From assembly GCA_011364905.1 (NCBI GenBank), contig RDNZ01000007.1, forward strand, positions 1-64,000: a stretch of 64,000 nt of DNA, given 5' to 3'. Position numbers and translations under genes: made by a program. Under the pieces are notes generated by a model. The model worked only from the letters and a program-made list of their open reading frames with translations, was not told where the DNA came from and did no database searches. Each line of letters opens with the position of its first letter. The first letter of the stretch is position 1. The DNA is from Candidatus Thorarchaeota archaeon (lineage in GTDB: Archaea > Asgardarchaeota > Thorarchaeia > Thorarchaeales > Thorarchaeaceae). This document shows, in pieces, positions 37,736-46,862 of the stretch.

Positions 37736-37836
37736 AGATATTGTATGCAACATACCAACATAAGTCCTTCCCCAATGTTCAAAAATCATTCAACTATTCT
37801 ATACTCATAGAATAACTTATAAGAAATCAACAGGAC

Positions 37837-38934
37837 TTGGCTATAATAGAGCCAAAGGTGACGTATTTGAACGGAATAAAGGTCGCGATAGTTGGAGTTG
37901 GCAACTGTGCGAGTGCACTTGTTCAGGGTGTTGAATTCTATAAGAGTGCAAAGACTGAAGATGAACTGATTGGATTAAACCATCTTGATTTTGCAGGATA
38001 TCATGTGAAGGATATTCAGTTCGTGGCAGCCTTTGATGTTACAGACACCAAAGTTGGCTTTGATCTTGCAGAAGCCATCTTTGCCGAACCAAACAATGTG
38101 ATGCGGTTTGCAAAAGTTCCAACGACTGGAGTCAAGGTGTTGAAAGGTCCTGAGCTTGATGGTGTAGACGACATGCTAAGAGGGATCGTGAAAGTTGCAT
38201 CTGGGGATGAAGCTGATGTAGTCAAGGTCCTCAAGGATTCAGGTGCTGAAATGCTCATCAACTTGATACCTGGCTCAGCTGAACAGGCCACGAAGTTCTA
38301 TGCCAATGCCGCACTGGAGGCGGGCTGTGCATACATTAATGGCACGCCAATTCCAATTGCATCGGATCTAGAATGGAGTAAGAAGTTTGAGGAGAAAGGA
38401 TTGCCTCTAGTTGGCGATGACATTCAGGACCAGCTCGGTTCTACTGTGTTTCATCGAAACATACTACAACTCTTAGTATCACGAGGAGTCAAAGTTGACA
38501 AAAGCTATCAACTAGATGTTGGAGGCGGCGCTGAGTCTTTAGACTCGCATTATCGAGGTAGGATGAGAAAGAGAGGCGTAAAAAGTGAGGCAATTAGTCA
38601 AGACTTGCCCTATGATGCGCCATTGGTTGCTGGATCAAGCGACTACATTCCTTTTATGGATAATGCGCGAGACTCGTATTTCTACATCAACGGACGACAG
38701 TTTGGAGGAGCTCCAATCAAGATTGACATCAGAATGGAGGTCACGGATGGACCAAATGCTGGCCCAATACTCATGGATGCAATCAGGGGAACAAAGCTTG
38801 CTCTGAAAAGAGGTCTTGCGGGGTCTCTAGAGTCAATCTCAGCTTATGGTTTTAAGATGCCACCGACCCCTACGACAATGTATAGAGCTGAGAGATGGGT
38901 TGAAGAGTTCTTATTGGGTAAGAAAAGAAACTAG
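37837..38934 (+). CDS. ino1: myo-inositol-1-phosphate synthase
   Basis: IVGVGNCASALVQG, VAAFDV, GDDIQDQLGST, D.PN....D, FKMPP. Confidence 0.85.
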   Translation: MAIIEPKVTYLNGIKVAIVGVGNCASALVQGVEFYKSAKTEDELIGLNHLDFAGYHVKDIQFVAAFDVTDTKVGFDLAEAIFAEPNNVMRFAKVPTTGVKVLKGPELDGVDDMLRGIVKVASGDEADVVKVLKDSGAEMLINLIPGSAEQATKFYANAALEAGCAYINGTPIPIASDLEWSKKFEEKGLPLVGDDIQDQLGSTVFHRNILQLLVSRGVKVDKSYQLDVGGGAESLDSHYRGRMRKRGVKSEAISQDLPYDAPLVAGSSDYIPFMDNARDSYFYINGRQFGGAPIKIDIRMEVTDGPNAGPILMDAIRGTKLALKRGLAGSLESISAYGFKMPPTPTTMYRAERWVEEFLLGKKRN

Positions 38935-39002
38935 CTGAGAATAAACAGCTAGGGAATGAAGCAAGTCTTCAAACGAGCTATTCTTCATACTCCGTCGATT
39001 CA

Positions 39003-40595
39003 TCAAAGAAATGTCGTGTATAGACCACCCTGTATAACATCATCGGGAAGGCTCGATGAGAATAGTATGAGGTTATCTATTAGCCTGCTTCTCTCAGACG
39101 GCATCACTACGTAAAACGACACCGTACTGGCATGTGCAACTATATTGTGGTGAATGGTCCAGTTGCCAACCTGCTCCCAATCATCAGGGATGTACTTATC
39201 CGCATACACTATTGCTATTTTGACACCTCGCTCTGTAGCAATGTTCTGCAACATAGTCGCACTCATTGATCCATTGAGTAGCGCTTCTCCTATTTCAAGA
39301 GTACCAATTCCCCATTTGTCAACACACACAATGTCTGAGAGATAATTCACACAACCAATATCATTGACCATAATAGTTTCACCCGTATAGAAGTTATTGA
39401 GAAAGAGGCCCATCTGATATTGTTGTTCATAGATGTTGTTAGAAGCAAGAGGGGTCCAAACGACAGCTAGAACGCCTCGTCCCGCCAGGGGTGCTACGAA
39501 CAGAATGACAAAAGCGAATCCATACAGGCGTTTCTTTTCCAGAGATCTTCCTTTCAATGACATCCAGAGAGATGACAAATCTAAGTTGGAGATGAACTGA
39601 TGGCCTTGAATTGAAATGGCGATGACTCCAATCGCGACTAGATAGGCCTCATACCTGAAGAACCATCCAACTCGACCCAGCAGAACATGTAACAGAAGGG
39701 TTGGAACGAATATCAGTTTTAATACATTGTTAATGTGCCAGAAGCCATATTCTCTAGCGCTTGTCAACTTGACAGAGGCGAGTAGGAGTGCAACCAAGTG
39801 AGGCGATACTAATAAAGAGCCAAAACCGCGAACGAAAAAGAAGGAAACGCCTTCATCCATTGCGTTGACACTCTTCACAAGCAGCGAGTTCGAAATAAGC
39901 AGCCAACCATTTTGTGCTGACACGATACCGTATGCAATCCACGGAAGTGCAGCCATAATCAGAACCGCCAAAGCATAGACCCATTTTCTCCGCAGCGCAA
40001 AAAGACAGACTACCGGCAAAGCTAGAAAAACTGTTTCAATACGAAATGCAGAAGCGAAAAAGGTGGCAATCAACATGAGGAGTAATTGACTCCTGGTGCT
40101 GGCTTCTCCAAGCGAAAGAATCCTCGCAGCGAGAACAAAAAGGACAATGGAGAAAACAACATGAAACGTGTGCTCCATCCCTGTGAAGACAAGACCAGGC
40201 AGTGAGGTAAAAAAGATGAACGATATCAGAACAACAGTGAGGTATCTCGAGTTCATTTCCGTGTCTTTTAGCAAAACATAGAGTATCACCACAGCAATCG
40301 AGGCAGCAAAGACATTGAGAACAAGTGGGACCAAGTCAGAAACTCCAGTCAGAATAAAAACTGCAGAGATCATCAAATTCCAAATTGGCGATGAAGAGCT
40401 TGAGCTGAATCCGTATCGAGTCACGCCAAAAATCGAGTATTCGGTCAGATTCTTGGATATCGCAAGATGAATGTAGGCGTCGTCAAGTGTATATACCATC
40501 AAACCTGAATTGATAATCAAGATTGAGACATACATTACGGCAAGCGATATCCAGAGGCAGGCAAGTGCTATTATCACCGGAAGATGTTTCGCCAT
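39003..40595 (-). CDS. GT-C-fold polytopic glycosyltransferase-like protein
   Basis: DDAYIH after TM1, SSP.W, GME, R.E, RY, C-terminal soluble domain with DIG. Confidence 0.7.
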   Translation of the reverse strand: MAKHLPVIIALACLWISLAVMYVSILIINSGLMVYTLDDAYIHLAISKNLTEYSIFGVTRYGFSSSSSSPIWNLMISAVFILTGVSDLVPLVLNVFAASIAVVILYVLLKDTEMNSRYLTVVLISFIFFTSLPGLVFTGMEHTFHVVFSIVLFVLAARILSLGEASTRSQLLLMLIATFFASAFRIETVFLALPVVCLFALRRKWVYALAVLIMAALPWIAYGIVSAQNGWLLISNSLLVKSVNAMDEGVSFFFVRGFGSLLVSPHLVALLLASVKLTSAREYGFWHINNVLKLIFVPTLLLHVLLGRVGWFFRYEAYLVAIGVIAISIQGHQFISNLDLSSLWMSLKGRSLEKKRLYGFAFVILFVAPLAGRGVLAVVWTPLASNNIYEQQYQMGLFLNNFYTGETIMVNDIGCVNYLSDIVCVDKWGIGTLEIGEALLNGSMSATMLQNIATERGVKIAIVYADKYIPDDWEQVGNWTIHHNIVAHASTVSFYVVMPSERSRLIDNLILFSSSLPDDVIQGGLYTTFL

Positions 40596-40830
40596 CCATT
40601 TTTCCACCTTTAACGCCTTCCTGCCAAGCTCAAAACTGAAGCGCGCATGAAATATCCAGTCAGCTCCTGCCGAATCGGATTTGAACACGGTTTTATTTCT
40701 TTTGCAATATATATGACATCCAATCTTGACCTTTACAGAATCCCCTTGTATTTTACAGCTCCACTGTTACAAAATTGGAGAGCCGCAATACGGTGAGAAT
40801 CACTCGTGGGGATTAGCAAACTCTTTAGAA

Positions 40831-41262
40831 CTAACTATGGGCTTTAAGATACTCATCAAGCATTGCCTTTAGCATGTCGAGCTTGCTAATGACTAGAAAT
40901 TCAGTTTCCTCACCGATCTCGCTAAGAGTCTCATTAAATGAGATTACACTGTGAAACTCCTGAAGAAGATTCTCCTTGACAGCATTTGACCGAGCTGCAG
41001 GATCGAAGACAACAATCTTGTTTTCAGGTTCGAAGTTCACTACTATGCTTCTTTTGAGGTACATTACTTTTTTGCATTTAGGGCATTGAACACGATTTGC
41101 TTTACCAGTTCTTAGAGGCTTAATCATATCCCGGTCTTCATACAAATCAATGTGGTCTACTACTTGAGTCTCATAGACCCTTTTGCATTTTGAGCACTTC
41201 ACTTCTGTTGAACTCTTACTGACCAAAATTGTCACCCAGACATTGTTTGAAAGTTGAGGCAT
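40831..41262 (-). CDS. CpXC zinc-binding domain protein
   Basis: CSKC...G..N...CPKC. Confidence 0.65.
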   Translation of the reverse strand: MPQLSNNVWVTILVSKSSTEVKCSKCKRVYETQVVDHIDLYEDRDMIKPLRTGKANRVQCPKCKKVMYLKRSIVVNFEPENKIVVFDPAARSNAVKENLLQEFHSVISFNETLSEIGEETEFLVISKLDMLKAMLDEYLKAHS

Positions 41263-41280
41263 CCACTTAAGAATTCCGCA

Positions 41281-41934
41281 CTAATCATCTGCCTTTGTAT
41301 TTGTATCTAGCACCTCATCGTCTATGATGTCTTGAAGCATATCAGATTCAGCCCCTTCAGTTTTTCTCTTAAACAAGATACCAGTGATAATTGCAGTTAG
41401 TGCGATTGATGCAACCACAATTGGTGTCGACTCGAAAAACCCACCTCCAAATGAAAGACCAAGAAGGGCAATCAGAGCACCGGCAATTGTCACAGCGACT
41501 TTGCCTGTGAAATAGCTGAGGATAAACTTGGTAGTATTATATTTGGTGAGCCCTACGTATACTATAAGGGGATCATCAGGAATGGGAGAAGCTGCAGCAA
41601 TAAAGAGCGCAATCGCACCCCATTTCTCAACACGACGTTTCTCAGAATCTAATGATTTCAGCCGTTCTGGTGACAGGATTGCTCGCGAACCTCGCACCAC
41701 ATAGAAATGAATCAGTTTGGCAAGCGTAGCTGTTACTGCGACAATAATTCCGATGAGAATTGCTTCTACTATCCCAACAGGTCCTATAATTGATAGAATC
41801 AGAACAGCAGCAAAGGCCAAGACCATGTTACTCGGGCTGAGAAAAGGAATCATGTTGATTGCAAAACAGATGATGAAGAGACCTACATAGCCTTGACTTA
41901 TCATATCAGTTATGAATTGGGAGATGTTCTGCAT
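41281..41934 (-). CDS. DedA/VTT-domain membrane protein
   Basis: WGAIALFIAAASPIPDD, F..GK. Confidence 0.8.
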   Translation of the reverse strand: MQNISQFITDMISQGYVGLFIICFAINMIPFLSPSNMVLAFAAVLILSIIGPVGIVEAILIGIIVAVTATLAKLIHFYVVRGSRAILSPERLKSLDSEKRRVEKWGAIALFIAAASPIPDDPLIVYVGLTKYNTTKFILSYFTGKVAVTIAGALIALLGLSFGGGFFESTPIVVASIALTAIITGILFKRKTEGAESDMLQDIIDDEVLDTNTKADD

Positions 41935-41975
41935 CTCAAAAACACCAATGCTGTGAACTACTGATCCTTTATGGA

Positions 41976-42398
41976 CTATTCCGACACCCGTTCAACAACG
42001 ACTCTCTGAACTCCATCAAGAACCTTGAGTGAATTCTCCAAATCTGCCAAGTCTGAACTGAGTTGTCCGGGGTTGAAATAGCACTCATAGAAGCATCTTG
42101 TTCCTCGGAGACACACACCTGTTGAAAATAAAAGATCAACAAGACCTGCTTTCTTGAAAATCTGGGACAGTTTGGTCAAGAAATCATTTGTGAGTTTTCC
42201 TATCTCGAGACTGAGGAACAAAACTTCATCACTCTCGAGCGGGAATATCTTAATGAGCCGGTCCTTGTGCACTAGCACCATTAATCCTTGAGAGGTCCCC
42301 ATAGCGCTCTTAAACGCAGATGGAAATTTCACAGTTTCACTATCATCAAAAACTAATACTTTTCCGGCGGTTGCACCTTCATAGGCTTCGTCTGACAT
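41976..42398 (-). CDS. hypothetical protein (possible C-terminal ACT-like fold)
   Basis: L..LSQIF...L..L..LDGVQRV pattern. Confidence 0.6.
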   Translation of the reverse strand: MSDEAYEGATAGKVLVFDDSETVKFPSAFKSAMGTSQGLMVLVHKDRLIKIFPLESDEVLFLSLEIGKLTNDFLTKLSQIFKKAGLVDLLFSTGVCLRGTRCFYECYFNPGQLSSDLADLENSLKVLDGVQRVVVERVSE

Positions 42399-42526
42399 CA
42401 GTTTTGGTCTCCGTAACGAAATCCTGCTGATGTATCTCCCCAAACTCGAATATAAGTGAATCTCTACTGTTTGGTCGGATATGTGCTCCTTTTGTAGGTG
42501 TCATTCATACATTACTCTGATATACT

Positions 42527-42796
42527 ATGAAACTGACAGATACTGAAAAAGAGCCATTTCATGGACTGAGAGATGTATCAGACTTAAGAACTCAATTTCA
42601 ATGTGAGTACCGATTGCGTCTCAAACAGGCAACTGGAAACACTTCCACACCAGCAAGTGTCGCCGGGACAAGGTTTCATCAACTTCTTGCATCACAGACA
42701 GATATTCGCAAAACTGAGAATGGAAAAAATCGGTTTGTTCCTTTATTGATAATCATCATCACTCTACTTGTTGGTACCCTTTGGATCATCTGGTGA
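42527..42796 (+). CDS. N-terminal part of a Cas4/PD-(D/E)xK nuclease with C-terminal TM
   Basis: VSDL...QCEYR, GTRFH, terminal LLIIIITLLVGTLWIIW. Confidence 0.65.
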   Translation: MKLTDTEKEPFHGLRDVSDLRTQFQCEYRLRLKQATGNTSTPASVAGTRFHQLLASQTDIRKTENGKNRFVPLLIIIITLLVGTLWIIW

Positions 42797-42800
42797 TTGT

Positions 42801-43460
42801 ATGAGTAACCTTGTCAGTTTTCTCATGATACTAATGTGCATGCTTGGACTCTTAGTCTTCTTAGCATATCAACCAAAGAGTGGTCTTGTATCGTCTGGGA
42901 TGATAATGAGAAGAGCAGTATCTGCACCCGTGTGTCTCTCCGAGTTCTTGACTAAGAAGCAGAAGCAGTGGAAGAACCACACCTATTATTACTTCGCTGA
43001 AGAAACAGTTAGGTCCTTGGGACATAGGTTCATTGGAAGATTCGATGGAGCAGTAATCCATTGGGAAGATGTACCTATCTTGGATCTCATAATTGAACAC
43101 AAATTCCCATCGCAGCATCTCCCAAGACACATGAGACCAGAAGATGTTTTTCAAGCAGGCCTCTATGCACTGGCCTTGATGGAGAGCGGTGTTTCTTGTT
43201 CCTCGACAAAACTTGTGACAATATACTGCTCCCAAGATAAGGCGGAAAAATGTTTAGAAAGAAAATCGACTAGAGATTGCTGGCGTTGCAACGAGAGTAG
43301 ATCATATGTGAAGAAATTCAGACCAAACGATGTGCTTAGGATCCTAAAGAGATTGGATGAAGTTTGGTACGAAGGTAGGAAGTCAAGAACCACTCATGAT
43401 GAAAGCAATTGTTGGGTTTGTCCATATAGTAATGGCAGATGCAACTATGCTTTGGTTTGA
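42801..43460 (+). CDS. C-terminal part of a Cas4/PD-(D/E)xK nuclease with N-terminal TM
   Basis: TM, then GRFDG, IIEHK, QAGLYALAL, CWVCPY...C; GGTGA SD before ATG 42801. Confidence 0.75.
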   Translation: MSNLVSFLMILMCMLGLLVFLAYQPKSGLVSSGMIMRRAVSAPVCLSEFLTKKQKQWKNHTYYYFAEETVRSLGHRFIGRFDGAVIHWEDVPILDLIIEHKFPSQHLPRHMRPEDVFQAGLYALALMESGVSCSSTKLVTIYCSQDKAEKCLERKSTRDCWRCNESRSYVKKFRPNDVLRILKRLDEVWYEGRKSRTTHDESNCWVCPYSNGRCNYALV

Positions 43461-43522
43461 TTTGGAAGTTGATATACAACAACACAGACCTTTTTACGTT
43501 AGAGAATCAACAAGAAGATGCT

Positions 43523-43942
43523 ATGGTTCATTCATTAACAAGACTCCTATCTTATGTAATAGCCGCAAAGAGAGATTTGAAACGTACCTACTACACCGCA
43601 CGAAATCACGATGCCAAATTGGATGCAAAAGAGCTTGTAGCAGCTACGATAGCTCTTCAGCGACTATTGGAGGACCTTCTTGCCAAACGTAGAACGAGTA
43701 GGTTAGCCAAAAGAATCTTGGAAGACAGAAAAGCGAATCTGTCGGTTCAACGATGGATAAACGGATTTCCAAAGCGGGTGAAAGAGTATCTATCGAAGTC
43801 GAAAAAGCTCGAACAGCAGCATCTTCGAAAGTATCAACAAGTTCTCCTAGAGTACATAAACGGGATAAGCATGGAGCTTGCTCGATGGATTGAAGATATC
43901 GAAACAATGAAAGAACTGCCAAGACTTCCCCGAGAATCATGA
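43523..43942 (+). CDS. hypothetical alpha-helical protein
   Basis: basic helical ORF; start uncertain (43439-43523). Confidence 0.6.
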   Translation: MVHSLTRLLSYVIAAKRDLKRTYYTARNHDAKLDAKELVAATIALQRLLEDLLAKRRTSRLAKRILEDRKANLSVQRWINGFPKRVKEYLSKSKKLEQQHLRKYQQVLLEYINGISMELARWIEDIETMKELPRLPRES

Positions 43943-43954
43943 GGATTTTTTATT

Positions 43955-45076
43955 CTACCATCGAAGACGCGCAGCCATTCCACCAAATGCCTTCAGTTGC
44001 TGTCCTGATTCTGTTTGGTTGGAAAACACTAACAAATTGCTGCCATAGTCTGCAACCATGTCGTAGAGTTCATCCATTTCATCTGCAATGTCCTCTAACA
44101 CCATTACTGTGTCCACACGGCCCTGACGTAGTGCCTCCAAGACTTCATTCTTGCCGTATGTCACTGTGTTCAAACCCTTCATCAGATCCTCCATAAATTG
44201 GTCCCATGTTTGACGTTCAACATAAATCTCGGTTTCACGGAGGATTCGGGAAGCCTCTTTCATCGCTTGGTAGAGACCAGTTTCATCGATGATGCTGACA
44301 GGAATGATGGTTTCGGCAATCTTCTCACGGATTCGATAGTCAAGGTCCCCTTTTTCTAAGAATTCTTGACAACGAATTGTGTTTCCTCCCAAGACTATTG
44401 CATCGACGCCGTCCAAATTGTCAAGTAGCAGATCTGCAAGAATGCGACCTACATGCTTGAAGAACTCCATCATTTTTTCCTCGCGAATTCGAAGGTATCG
44501 TTTTGCACTCTGGCCGCCAGCTCTGGTCTTGCCAATTATGTAAAAATCTTCATCGCGGACCAGTTCCATGTGCTTTCCTCTGAGGTATCCGATCGTTACC
44601 TTACCACCCTCAAGAAGAACAATGACGACCAAACTCTTAGGCTTCGTCATGTTTTCAAGTTCTTCTGTCACAAATTCCCGTCCACAGAGGTAGACAAATT
44701 GGGATATCGGACTGGGCGGAACGACGAGCTCTCGTATTACATTCCCAGTGCCTCCCTCTTCTTCTATACCAAAAAAGAAAACCAATCCGTTTTCGGGAAT
44801 GCCGGTCATTTTTGTAAGTTCGCTCAGTATTGCAGTTAGATTGTCAGCAACATTCTTTCTATTTGCTTTGCTCTTGATGTTATCAGCGCCTGCAAGTTCA
44901 GTCTTGACGAAGTTAATCACATCAGTAAGATTCTTTGAAGGAGGTATATAGAGTGTGGTGAAAGAACTATGGCGCCCCTTGTACGCTTTGAGCTGTTCAA
45001 CCTTGCGTTTGAGCCTATGTCTTTCTACGGACATTGTTTTCACCATCTCTATTATGCTATTCACTGATTTCATCAA
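43955..45076 (-). CDS. prf1: peptide chain release factor aRF1
   Basis: NIKS, YLCGREF, AGGQS, AFGGMAARLR. Confidence 0.93.
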   Translation of the reverse strand: MMKSVNSIIEMVKTMSVERHRLKRKVEQLKAYKGRHSSFTTLYIPPSKNLTDVINFVKTELAGADNIKSKANRKNVADNLTAILSELTKMTGIPENGLVFFFGIEEEGGTGNVIRELVVPPSPISQFVYLCGREFVTEELENMTKPKSLVVIVLLEGGKVTIGYLRGKHMELVRDEDFYIIGKTRAGGQSAKRYLRIREEKMMEFFKHVGRILADLLLDNLDGVDAIVLGGNTIRCQEFLEKGDLDYRIREKIAETIIPVSIIDETGLYQAMKEASRILRETEIYVERQTWDQFMEDLMKGLNTVTYGKNEVLEALRQGRVDTVMVLEDIADEMDELYDMVADYGSNLLVFSNQTESGQQLKAFGGMAARLRW

Positions 45077-45344
45077 AAATCAGAGGCAGCCATTCCTGCC
45101 AGTTGGTTGACTCGATTGAGGATATTTTAACATTCCGTAGTAGCTGTGAACTTCCGCGACCCTAAAGCGATGGCGACACATTAAAAAGGTGAGCTCTTAG
45201 TCCAATTCTAGAAAGGTGAAGGACGGATGGATAACCGCCAATTTACAAATACCCCATGAGGGGTCATTCATTGTGCCAAGACAGAATATATGCGGTGCAC
45301 CATTCGCGATTGATTCGAAAGACCTTAGGAGTTTTGAGTAACAA

Positions 45345-46853
45345 ATGAGCGAGCAGTTGACAAAAGGAGAAAAAACCATTCTTAGGGAACTAATGAATAT
45401 TGGTCAGCGTGTACCCACCTCGCAGCTAGCAAACAACCTCGGCCAAGCAGAAGAAAGAGTGATCTCAATTCTCAATTCACTGGCAAGTAGGAATCTTGTA
45501 GAGATTATCTCAAGAGAGATCGTGTCCTACAAAATAACTGAGGAGGGGCAGGAGTATGCCGAAACAGGCCTTCCCGAGGTGCGTCTCTTTAATGCTGTGA
45601 AGAGTTTAGGAGGAGTAGCCAGCTTTGATGATGCCTCTGCTCAATCTGGAATGGACCATAAAACAAAAGGTATCGCGATGAACTGGGCCAGGAAGAATCA
45701 CTGGCTCCAGATATTAAAAGAAGACGATGCTACAGTGCTTCGTTCTCTCGTAGATGCACCAGAATCTGATGTATCGGATGTGTTGGAACAAGTTGCATCA
45801 GGAAAAGGCACACTTTCCAAGTCAATGTCAGATGCTCTTAGACAGGCACTAGAGAGGAACCTAGTGTCGGAAGTTATAACCAAGAAATTCGAAACGGAGA
45901 TCATCGAATCTGAGGTTGCAGAGGTTGAGCAGCTACTCGCCGTGGATTCAGGAGGGATTGGAAATTTGACTCCAGAGATTCTAACCACTGGCGCTTGGAG
46001 AAACAAGTCATTTAGACCATATAATGTAGACATCGTACCAGCCTATGCAAACTACGGGAAGAAGCATCCTTACGCGGAATTCAATGATTGGCTTAGAGAG
46101 ATTATGATTGGACTGGGTTTCACAGAATGGTTTGGTCCCTATGTTGAAACCGAATTCTGGGGTCATGATACACTCTTTGTTCCCCAAGATCATGTTTCGC
46201 GTGAAGTCCAAGATCAATTCAGAGTTGCAGCTCCATTCGACCACGGGCACATTCGGGACAGGAAATATTACAAAGCTGTGAAAGCAGTACATGAGAATGG
46301 AGGAACCACTGGTTCTAAGGGCTGGGACTGGCCATATAGTGAAGAGGTGGCAACCAGACTTTGTCTGCGCCCTCATACAACCCCAGTATCAATGAGGTAT
46401 CTCTATGAACATCGTGAAAGCCCTCAGAAGATGTTCATCATAGACCGAAACTTCAGGTCAGAAACACTCAGTGCAACACATGGGCAGGAATTTGACCAGT
46501 GTGAGGGAATCATCATGGACAAAGGACTGACGTTGAGAGACCTCCTAGGATACCTCACTTCAATATGCAATGCTGTAGGCATTAAGAAGTTGAAATTCAA
46601 ACCTGGGCAGTTTCCTTTCACTGAGCCAAGTGTTGAAACTTTCGGAAAACATGAGAAGCTTGGATGGATTGAGCTTGGTGGTTCCGGGATTTTTCGACCA
46701 GAGGTCACCCTGCCGCTTGGAATAGAAGATACGGTCCTCGCATGGGGAATCGGTTCAGGGAGGCTCTACATGGCAGCTATGGGTATCAATGACATTAGAG
46801 ACCTCTTCTCAAGAGATTTGAATTGGCTTAGGAGGAGCCACTTCGTCAGGTAG
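45345..46853 (+). CDS. pheS: phenylalanine-tRNA ligase alpha subunit
   Basis: GLPE, LRPHTT, FRSE, FPFTEPS, GIFRPEV. Confidence 0.95.
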   Translation: MSEQLTKGEKTILRELMNIGQRVPTSQLANNLGQAEERVISILNSLASRNLVEIISREIVSYKITEEGQEYAETGLPEVRLFNAVKSLGGVASFDDASAQSGMDHKTKGIAMNWARKNHWLQILKEDDATVLRSLVDAPESDVSDVLEQVASGKGTLSKSMSDALRQALERNLVSEVITKKFETEIIESEVAEVEQLLAVDSGGIGNLTPEILTTGAWRNKSFRPYNVDIVPAYANYGKKHPYAEFNDWLREIMIGLGFTEWFGPYVETEFWGHDTLFVPQDHVSREVQDQFRVAAPFDHGHIRDRKYYKAVKAVHENGGTTGSKGWDWPYSEEVATRLCLRPHTTPVSMRYLYEHRESPQKMFIIDRNFRSETLSATHGQEFDQCEGIIMDKGLTLRDLLGYLTSICNAVGIKKLKFKPGQFPFTEPSVETFGKHEKLGWIELGGSGIFRPEVTLPLGIEDTVLAWGIGSGRLYMAAMGINDIRDLFSRDLNWLRRSHFVR

Positions 46854-46862
46854 GTGATAACG

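Noticed and set aside
37440-37815. ORFs 37287-37607, 37440-37775, 37483-37815 and 37591-37782
   Set aside because: Mutually overlapping with no protein motifs; the region is better explained by RNA structure
42527-43460. CRISPR-Cas adaptation locus
   Set aside because: No array, cas1 or cas2 in the window
45100-45344. Small ORFs or a T-box-like leader upstream of pheS
   Set aside because: No T-box consensus or convincing structure; ORFs are short and featureless
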